From Eledone cirrhosa (Eukaryota), in assembly GCA_964016885.1 (NCBI GenBank), contig OZ024740.1, forward strand, positions 430,156,001 to 430,220,000: 64,000 nt of DNA, read 5' to 3'. Positions 51,533 to 61,600 of the stretch are shown piece after piece. Below the pieces are notes generated by a model. The model ran no database searches. It saw only the letters and a program-made list of their open reading frames with translations, and was not told the DNA's origin. The translations under genes and the position numbers were made by a program. Within the stretch, counting starts at the first letter, position 1; each line of letters begins with the position of its first letter.

Positions 51533-53080
51533 CATCATCATCATCATCGTTTAACGTCCATCTTCCACGCTTGCATGGGTTTGGACGGGAGTTTTCCCAC
51601 TTGAGGCAAGATTGGTTGTCCTGCTCGTATAGGACTGTCTGGCGGGTTATCTACGGCTGGATACCCTTCCTAACACCAACCATGTTTACAGTGTGGACTG
51701 GGAGGTTTTTACCGTGTTACCTACACGGCCACATTACAGTGTGGACTGTGTTTTTTTGTCGTGACACCTACACGACCTCATTTGTTTCGGACTGGATGTT
51801 GTGGTACCAACATAACTTCACATTTAAGGGGGTGGGGGTAGTGGGACGGTGGTGTATTTTGTCAGCGGTGCCTACTGACCGTAGGTTTCGCTTTGTACTT
51901 AGGCAAGGCGGGTCTTCTGTATAATTGTGTAGCGCCAAAGATCTCGGTCCAGTGACATTGTCTTGGAGAGGTGTAAGTGTGTGAGGTCGGAATTTATCAA
52001 GTCGTCCCAGGTTTTTCTGGGTCTGCCTACTCCGTGGCTACCGTCTATTTTTATCGCCCTGCACTTTTTTATACAGCTGTTGTCTTTCATGCGCATCACG
52101 TGACCGTACCAACGTAGTCTTCTCTCGAGTAAGTTGCGCTATTACTTTTTCTGTGACCTTCATGACCTGGTTGATTAATTTAATGCCTCTATAGTTACCC
52201 CTATCTAGGGCATCTCCTTTACCCTTGTAGCAGTTAATGATGATGCTGCTATGCCAGTCCTTCGGAACGGCCCCATTCTGTATGACTTGGTTTACTATCC
52301 GGGTGACCATAGTGTGTCCCACTGTTCCAGATGCTTTCAGCATTTCAGCAACTATTTCTGAAGGCCCAGCCACCTTACCCGTCTTCATATCTTTGATTGC
52401 CTTACTTATTATACTACTAGCACTGCTGGTCCCTCTATTGGATCGATGTGGGGGAGACTGTCTTTCTCCCATTTATTCTCATTTAGTAGCCTTTCGTAGT
52501 GACACTTCCAAGCTACCTTCTTATCAGCAATGGCAAGTACACCATCATCATTAAGGACACACTTCCCCCCGACAATATCACATTGCCTAGCAATCCTGAA
52601 CACCTCATGTTTTTGGTCCTCGCGTTGTAGAACATGCTTGAACTTTCTTTCCTCTGCTTCCCTTCTTGCGAAGTACACTTGTCTCCTAGCTTCCCTCCTG
52701 GCCACTTGATAGTCTTCTCTACTTCCCCCATCCCGCCATACTTTCCAAGCCTGCTTTTTGGCCTTAATCGACTCCTCCACCTTACTGTTCCACCACCATG
52801 TTACTCTCCTCCTGCCTATAGGCCTGCTCCAGCCACAGACTTCGTCTGCCGCCATCAGTGGGTTTGCTTTCAGGAATTCCCACTGTTCCTCTATATTGTA
52901 CAACTCTAATTGCTCTTCCTTACTGTCAAAAGCATCAAGTAATATGCTTTGAAATTTATTACTGGCTGTGGGGTCCTTTAGCTTCCATATTTTTCTCCTG
53001 AGGATAGTCCTCCTCTGTTGTCGAGTATGTCTCATCCTGACTATGAGGTCGCTGACTATGAGTCTATGCTGGGAGGTGCA
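51533..53080 (-). mobile_element. RTE LINE pieces: endonuclease-RT linker and RT start (52132-53080) joined directly to a 3' end (51533-52131)
   Basis: QHRLIV...WKLKD...TWWWN...MKTGKVAGPSEIVAEML...GNYRGIKL...EKVIAQL, then RRLRWYGHVMR and a 3' UTR ending in (GAT)n. Confidence 0.9.
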
Positions 53081-53773
53081 TACAAATATATATATGTATA
53101 TACACACACATATATATGCATACATATATATATATATGTTTACACACATATATATATGTATAAACATTATATATATATAATAAAGAAGAGAAATGGTTTT
53201 AAATGTAATCCTCTGTTCATTATAGAATCCTGTTATACATACTCCTAACTATAGAAACATGAAAAACACCACAACTTTGCACCTGTCGGAAGAGAACACA
53301 TCAAAGGGTTATTATGTAATCACAATGTCTTCAAAACATGTCTAACAGTATTATATAACAGGATGTACATTTAACACTGTCTCCTTTATAATATTGACAC
53401 TCCAGTTGATACCTTACTGATAATACTTTAAGGAACACAAGCCGTAGAGTGCTTTACATCTGTTTATGCCCAAAGTCAGTGGATTGATCAAACAACTTTC
53501 TTCACTTAAATAATATATATAGGTCGGGAAAAATTCCAAAGATTATATATATATACACAAACATACATATATAATAATTTAGATGAATTTATAACACAAC
53601 CATATAAAGGCAAAGAATAATTCAAAGCTCAAATGTGATTTTCCACAGCAAGATAGTTAAAAGTTTAATCCAACCACAGTAGTTTTATGATATCAGTATA
53701 TATATATATGAAAATAACCAATATTTAATGACATTAAATTATTTAATTGATTGACAAACGTTTCAATCAATAT

Positions 53774-55491
53774 AACTAATCAGAAGAGAATTGATCTAGA
53801 TGAAATGCAGTTCGGGTTTGTGTCAGGTAAAAGTACCACAGACGCTCTTTTCATTGTACGACAACTACAGAAGTACCTAGCTAAAAGTAAACCCCTATAC
53901 TTAGCTTTTGTTGACTTGGAGAAAGCCTTTGACAGAGTCCTCCGTTCCATTATCTGGTGGGCTTTTAGAAAACTAGGTGTTGATGAATGGTTTGTGAGAG
54001 CTATACAAGCCATGTATAAAGAAATAGTCAGCAAGGTTAGAATTAACAACGAATATAGTGAAGAGTTTAGCGTAAAAGTTGGTGTTCATCAGGGCTCCGT
54101 TCTTAGCTCTCTACTATTTATTATTGCCCTTCAGGCTATAACAGAGGAGTTCAAGACCGGCTGCCCATGGGAACTCCTATACGCAGATGATCTAACACTC
54201 ATGGCTGAATTAGAGAAGAAATTCCAAACATGGAAGCATGGCCTAGAATCAAAAGGCCTTAAAGTTAACTTGTCTAAGACTAAAGTTCTAGTTTGTAGGA
54301 AGGAAAATAGGGCACCGGTCCCATCTGGGAAATGGCCATGCTCAGTGTGTAGGAAAGGAGTAGGCAGAAACTCCATTTTATGTCCCAAATGCAAAGTATG
54401 GGTGCATAAAAGATGTAGTGGGATCACAGGTAAGCTAACTAAGAATATAGATTTTATATGTGGCCGGTTCTCTGGTACAATAAGTAGCAGCAAGTGCCCA
54501 CAGAATACTAGCTCATTCCATTGCACAGATGGTTCTATAGAAATTGTGGACACCTTCCGTTACCTGGGTTACAAAATCAGCAGTGGGGGAGGGTGCTCTG
54601 AAAGTACAGTAGCTAGAGTCAGAACTGGATGGAAAAAGTTCAGAGAGCTTATACCACTATTGGCCGCTAAAGGGTTCTCTCTAAATATGAAAGGCAGGCT
54701 GTATGATACCTGCATACGAATAGCAATGTTACATGGCAGTGACACATGTGCATTGTGTGCAGAAGATATACGCAGACTGGAGAGGAACAAAGCTTGCATG
54801 CTCCACTGGATGTGTAATAGTAATATACGTGAACGGCAAAGCATAAACGAACTAAGGGAGAAATTAGGAATAAGAGGGATCATATGTTGTTTACTCAAGA
54901 GAAGACTACGTTGGTACGGTTACGTGATGCGCATGAAAGACGACAGCTGTATAAAAAAGTACAGGGCGATAAAAATAGACGGTAGCCACGGAGTAGGTAG
55001 ACCCAGAAAAACCTGGGACGACTTGATAAATTCTGACCTCACACACTTACACCTCTCCAAGTCAATGTCACTGGACCGAGATCTTTGGCGCTACACAGTT
55101 ATACAGAAGACCCGCCTTACCTAAGTAAAAAGTGAAACCTACAGTCAGTAGGCACCTCTAACAAAATACACCCCTGTCCCACTACCCCCACCCCCTTTAA
55201 TGTGAAGTTATGTTGGTACGACAACATCCAGTCCGAAACAAATGAGGTCGTGTAGGGAACACAACAAAAAAACACACAGTCCAGGCTGTAATGTGGCCGT
55301 GTAGGTAACACGGTAAAAACCTCCCAGTCCACACTGTAAATGTGGTTGGTGTTAGGAAGGGTATCCAGCCGTAGATAACCCGCCAGACAGTCCTATACGA
55401 GCATGACAACCAATCTTGCCTCAAGTGGGAAAACTCCCGTCCAAACCCTTGCAAGCGTGGACGATGGACGTTAAACGATGATGATGATGAT
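53774..55491 (+). mobile_element. RTE LINE, 5'-truncated: RT domain, Cys/His finger, C-terminus and 3' UTR
   Basis: MQFGF, FVDLEKAFDRV, GVHQGSVLS, LLYADDL, CSVC...CPKC...HKRC, RRLRWYG, GRPRKTW, tail CGTTAAACGATGATGATGATGA. The ORF start lies in flanking DNA, so this is not an intact gene. Confidence 0.93.
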
Positions 55492-55785
55492 TAATACCTG
55501 CTGTAGTGATCTCTTCAAAATCTATTAAACAACAAAATGTTTGTAAATCAATTAAATAATTTAATGTAATTTAATCCTGGTTATTTTTATTCATTATATA
55601 TACACTCACACACCCACATTATATATATATAGAGAGAGAGAGAATCTGTGGTGCTGAGACCGGGGAGACCACTAATCATGGGAGTACCCAATGCATGGGG
55701 AGATGCAGAATGAGTATAGAGATCGGTAAAATCCAGATCATGGTACCAAGCCTAAACTGCTTGGTACCATGGTTGGCATTTTACA

Positions 55786-55823
<38 letters not shown>

Positions 55824-55858
55824 AGAAGAAATTAAAAGATGGTTAAAAAAGTTCCATG

Positions 55859-55929
55859 TATTTTATTATGCACATTTCAAAAACAATTATCATCCTGGGA
55901 CGATATTTGCGTTCTCATCAGATAAAATA
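55859..55929 (-). ncRNA. Minimal type I hammerhead ribozyme
   Basis: TATTTTAT-CTGATGA-[36-nt hairpin]-GAAA-TGTGCA-TA-ATAAAATA. Confidence 0.75.
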
Positions 55930-56391
55930 GGGAGACATGATATGAAGCTTAAAAAAACACTTGTGAGCAAGGTAGTGTCTAAACAATATATGATAATTAA
56001 ATTTAAAAGGATACAGGAGATTGGAAAAAAGGGAAGGAAGGGGAAAAAAAGGAAGGAAGAGGAAGAAAGGAAAAAAGAAGGAAAGATAACGGTGGAAGAG
56101 AATAAGGAGGAGGAAGGAGAGAGAAAGAGAGAGATAAACATTTAAACTGAAAAACGCTGTCTCCACTGAGAAATAACTGAAAAAACGGTTGTAAATTTAT
56201 AAATAAATTAAAAAATTAATAAATTGATGAGGTTAATGAATGATGATGTTTATGATTACAGAAATAGAAATTAAGTATACTATTTATTTAGGGTTTATAT
56301 AGTGAAGGAGATATTAAGATGTGATTAGACATATGTTGTTTAGACACTACCTTGCTCACAAGTGTTTTTTAAGCTTCATATCATGTCTCCC

Positions 56392-56462
56392 TATTTTATC
56401 TGATGAGAACGCAAATATCGTCCTAGGATGATAATTGTTTTTGAAATGCGCATAATAAAATA
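56392..56462 (+). ncRNA. Minimal type I hammerhead ribozyme
   Basis: 8-bp stem I TATTTTAT/ATAAAATA, CTGATGA (56400-56406), stem II with about 14 pairs, GAAA (56443-56446), palindromic TGCGCA, predicted cleavage after A56454. Confidence 0.82.
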
Positions 56463-56637
56463 CATGGAACTTTTTTAACCATCTTTTAATTTCTTCTTAT
56501 ATATACTCCAGTCCAATAAACTGTTGAGTGCTACTTATCCGATATTTGCATTGCTTTATTGTTCTACAATAAAACTCACCTCCTACATATATATATATAT
56601 ATAATGGAGGCATATATATATAATATATATATATAAT

Positions 56638-57035
56638 GGAGGCACATGGCTTAGAGGTTAGAGCATTGGCCTTGCAATCGAAAGGTTGTGAGTTCAATTC
56701 TCAGACCGGGTGATGTGTTGTTTCCTTGAGCAAGACACTTTATTTCACATTGCTCCAGTTTACTCAGCTGTAGAAATGAGATGATAGGGACTGGGATTCC
56801 TATCATTCCACTGTAAAGTGGTCGTGGAGGTGCCACAGCAAAAAAGCACCCAGCACTCACTGTAAAGTGGTCGTGTAGGCGCCACAGAAAAAAAGCACCC
56901 ACCACTCACTGTAAATGAGGTTGGTGTTAGGAAGGGCATCCAGCTGTAGAAATCAAGCCAGAATCAGTTCCCGTTCCACCCTTGCAAGCAGGGAAAAGCG
57001 GACGTAAAATGATGATGATGATGATGATGATGATG
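56638..57035 (+). mobile_element. tRNA-headed SINE with RTE-like tail, near-identical to 51057-51439
   Basis: Collinear match along its full length. Confidence 0.85.
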
Positions 57036-57045
57036 TATATATATA

Positions 57046-57273
57046 ACAAAGGAATTGTGGTAAGGTACCAGATGGACCATAACGCATCAGAGTACTCAAT
57101 ACTTAGGGTAGTAGAGTGGGAAATAGGAAAAAGTATGACCCCGACGGCAGAGCTCAAGTCGTTTCGACGGCTATTTCTGGTTAGGTTTGTCTTTCCTGAG
57201 TAAACTACCAAATCTGCTACTGTTCGAGTCGAAACGGCTTGAGCTCTGCCGTCGAGCTCATACTTTTTCCTAT
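57046..57273. mobile_element. Short (TA)n-flanked fold-back element with 46-bp arms (57123-57168 / 57228-57273)
   Basis: Homologous to 39287-39495 but with a different turn-around point. Confidence 0.8.
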
Positions 57274-57306
<33 letters not shown>

Positions 57307-57660
57307 CGATATTAAATAAATGGAAACTATATTTATAAAAGCATATTTATTTCATTATATATATTTCAGGGATATCATATTAAAAATATGGTATGCCTTC
57401 TTCAGACAAAATACAATATAAACAGTCTTATAAATAGATAGATTTGACATACCTTTCAACTTCAACTTCCATTTAAAAAGTTGATTTGGTAGTGAAAAAT
57501 GTTAGGGACAGTTATAAAAAGAAAGAAAAAAAAAGCGAAGAAAAAGAAGAAATGCATGCAACTAAATAGAGAGAGATAGATATAGAGAGATAGATAGAGA
57601 GAAGAAATTCAAGTAAAGAAACAGAGAGAGATATATAGAGAGAGGAAAAAACACAGAGGG

Positions 57661-57706
<46 letters not shown>

Positions 57707-58146
57707 AAAAATAGAGAGAGATAGATATAGATAGAGATAGAGAGAAAGAAAAATGGGCACCAGTTGAATGACGTATCAATGATATAGTTATTTATTTATT
57801 TATTTATTTATTTAGTTCTAGTATTAAGGTAGAGAGAGATATAGGTGGTTAGGAGAGAAAACAGCCGTTACATAGAGAGAAAAGAAAAATATCCAGACAT
57901 AAACGAGGCAGATTTAAAACATTATGTTTCATCAATGTAAAAATATCAATTCGTATGAATTAGGTATTATAATGTAAATATCAGTATTCATGAATGAGAC
58001 ACGTATCAATAATGTGTGAAAAATAATGATCATATGTCTAGTTTAAAATTCCTAGGTTTATATCAGAGTTGAGGTAAAAACTGAGATAAAAAAAAAAAAA
58101 AACTGAGATAAAAAACTGAGATAAAAAAACTGAGATAAAAACTGAG

Positions 58147-58210
<64 letters not shown>

Positions 58211-58684
58211 CGTAAGTAGGTCCCGAGTTGAATCAGTGGTAACCACAGTAAATAAGGTACTCAGTACATGTATAGAGTGAAGACAATAGTTTATATAGAA
58301 AAGAAACTCCTATATATATATATCTATATCTATAGATATAGATATATAACTTCCTTACACACTCTTTAAGCCAAGCAGAGAACAGTTTCCTAAAATGTTG
58401 AATATCCTGTATCTGTTAATCTAGGGAAGAGGTTTCCAAGGAGAACAACCAGTAGTCCAGTTGTTTTAAAATTTAACAAGCTTTGTTTTTCATATTATGA
58501 CTTGGAAAAAAAAAATTTGTTTTTTATAATTTTCTTCTAGTTAGGCATGAATACAATAAAATTTAGAACTTAAATACAATTTATATGATGACTAATGAAA
58601 ACACTAATAATTGATTGACAAAATGTGAGAAGGAAGAGACAAACGCTCCCTCCATTGCAGGCTACAATAGGGATCCTGGAGTTG

Positions 58685-61600
58685 CCCTCTAAATATTGTT
58701 TAGAGGATAACACTAACCCTAAACTTCTAGATATTGTTTAGAGGGTAACACTAAACCTAACCCTCTAAATATTGTTTAGAGGATAACACTAACCCTAACC
58801 TCCTAGATATTGTTTAGAGGGTAACACTAACCCTAACTTTCTAGATATTGTTTAGAGGGGAAAACTAACCCTAACCCTCTAAATATTGTTTAGAGGGTAA
58901 CACTAACCCGAACCCTCTAAATATGGTTTAGAGGGTAACACTAACCGTAAACCTCTAAATATTGTTTAGAGAGTAACACTAACCCTAACCCTCTAAATAT
59001 TGTTTAGAGGGTAACACTAACCCGAACCCTCTAAATATTGTTTAGAGGGTAACACTAACCCTAACACTCTAAATATTGTTTAGAGGGTAACACTAACCCT
59101 AACACTCTAAATATTGTTTAGAGGGTAACACTAACCCTAACACTCTAAATATTGTTTAGAGGGTAACACTAACCCTAACACTCTAAATATTGTTTAGAGA
59201 GTAACACTAACCCTAACCCGCTAAATATTGTTTAGAGGGTAACACTAACCCTAACCTTCTAAATATTGTTTAGAGGATAACACTAACCCTAACACTCTAA
59301 ATATTGTTTAGAGGGTAACACTAACCCTAACCTTCTAAATATTGTTTAGAGGATAACACTAACCCTAACACTCTAAATATTGTTTAGAGGGTAACACTAA
59401 CCCTAACCCTCTAAATATTGTTTAGAGGATAACACTAACCCTAACACTCTAAATATTGTTTAGAGGGTAACACTAACCCTAACACTCTAAATATTGTTTA
59501 GAGGGTAACACTAACCCTAACCTTCTAAATATTGTTTAGAGGATAACACTAACCCTAACACTCTAAATATTGTTTAGAGGGTAACACTAACCCTAACCTT
59601 CTAAATATTGTTTAGAGGATAACACTAACCCTAACACTCTAAATATTGTTTAGAGGGTAACACTAACCCTAACACTCTAAATATTGTTTAGAGGATAACA
59701 CTAACCCTAACACTCTAAATATTGTTTAGAGGGTAACACTAACCCTAACCCTCTAAATGTTGTTTAGAGGGTAACACTAACCCTAACCCTCTAAATATTG
59801 TTTAGAGAGTAACACTAACCCTAACCTTCTAAGTATTGTTTAGAGAGTAACACTAACCCTAACCATCTAAATGTTGTTTAGAGGGTAACACTAATCCTAA
59901 CCCTCTAAATATTGTTTAGAGGGTAACACTAATCCTAACACTCTAAATATTGTTTAGAGTGTAACACTAACCCTAACCCTCTAAATGTTGTTTAGAGGGT
60001 AACACTAACACTAACCCTAACACTCTAAATATTGTTTAGAGGGTAACACTAACCCTAACCTCTAAATATTGTTTAGAGGGCAACACTAACCCTAACCTTC
60101 TAAATATTGTTTAGAGTGTAACACTAAGCCTAACCCTCTAAATATTGTTTAGAGGGTAACACTAACCCTAACCCTCTAAATATTGTTTAGAGGATAATAC
60201 TAACACTAACCCTCTAAATATTGTTCAGAGGGTAACACTAACCCTAACCCTCTAAATATGGTTTAGAGGGTAACATTAACCCTAACCCTCTAAATGTTGT
60301 TTAGAGAATAACACTAACCCTAAACTTCTAAATGTTGTTCAGAGGGTAACACTAACCCTAACCCTCTAAATGTTGTTTAGAGGATAACACTAACCCTAAC
60401 CTTCTAAATGTTGTTTAGAGGGTAACACTAACCCTAACCTTCAAAATATTGTTTAGAGGGTAACACTAAGCCTAAACCTCTAAATGTTGTTTAGAGGGTA
60501 ACACTAACCCTAACCCTCTAAATGTTGTTTAGAGGGTAACACTAACCCTAACCCTCTAAATATTGTTTAGAGGGTAACACTAACCCTAACCTTCTAAGTA
60601 TTGTTTGGAGAGTAACACTAACCCTAACCCACTAAATGTTGTTTAGAGGGTAACACTAACCCTAACACACTAAATGTTGTTTAGAGGGTAACACTAACCC
60701 TAACACTCTAAATATTGTTTAGAGGGTAACACTAACCCTAACCTCTAAATATTGTTTAGAGGGCAACACTAACCCTAACCTTCTAAATATTGTTTAGAGG
60801 GTAACACTAACCCTAATCCTCTAAATATTGTTTAGAGGATAATACTAACATTAACCCTCTAAATATTGTTCAGAGGGTAACACTAACCCTAACCCTCTAA
60901 ATAATGTTTAGAGGGTAACACTAACCCTAACCCTCTAAATATTGTTTAGAGGGTAACACTAACCCTAACCCTCTAAATATGGTTTAGAGGGTAACACTAA
61001 CCCTAACCCTCTAAATGTTGTTTAGAGAATAACACTAACCCTAACCTTCTAAATGTTGTTCAGAGGGTAACACTAACCCTAACCCTCTAAATGTTGTTTA
61101 GAGGATAACACTAACCCTAACCTTCTAAATGTTGTTTAGAGGGTAACACTAACCCTAACCTTCAAAATATTGTTTAGAGGGTAACACTAAGCCTAAACCT
61201 CTAAATGTTGTTTAGAGGGTAACACTAACCCTAAACTTCTAAATATTGTTTAGAGGGTAACACTAAGCCTAAACCTCTAAATGTTGTTTAGAGGGTAACA
61301 CTAACCCTAACCCTCTAAATATTGTTTAGAGGGTAACACTAACCCTAACCTTCAAAATATTGTTTAGAGGGTAACACTAAGCCTAAACCTCTAAATGTTG
61401 TTTAGAGGGTAACACTAACCCTAACCCTCTAAATATTGTTTAGAGGGTAACACTAACCCTAACCCTCTAAATATTGTTTAGGGGGTAACACTAACCCTAA
61501 CCTTCTAAATGTTGGTTAGAGGATAACACTAACGCTAACACTCTAAATATTGTTTTTTAGGGTAACACTAACCCTAATCTTCTAAATATTGTTTAGAGGA

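Larger units (their letters stand above)
55821..56500. mobile_element. (TA)n-flanked Penelope-like fold-back element with about 172-bp inverted arms (55821-55992 / 56330-56500)
   Basis: The arms are reverse complements with about 3 substitutions and one 1-nt indel. Each carries a hammerhead. Confidence 0.85.

Noticed and set aside
53751-55124. Intact reverse transcriptase gene or host domestication
   Set aside because: The ORF starts at a TTG in flanking DNA, lacks the endonuclease and the RT N-terminus, and shows small deletions.
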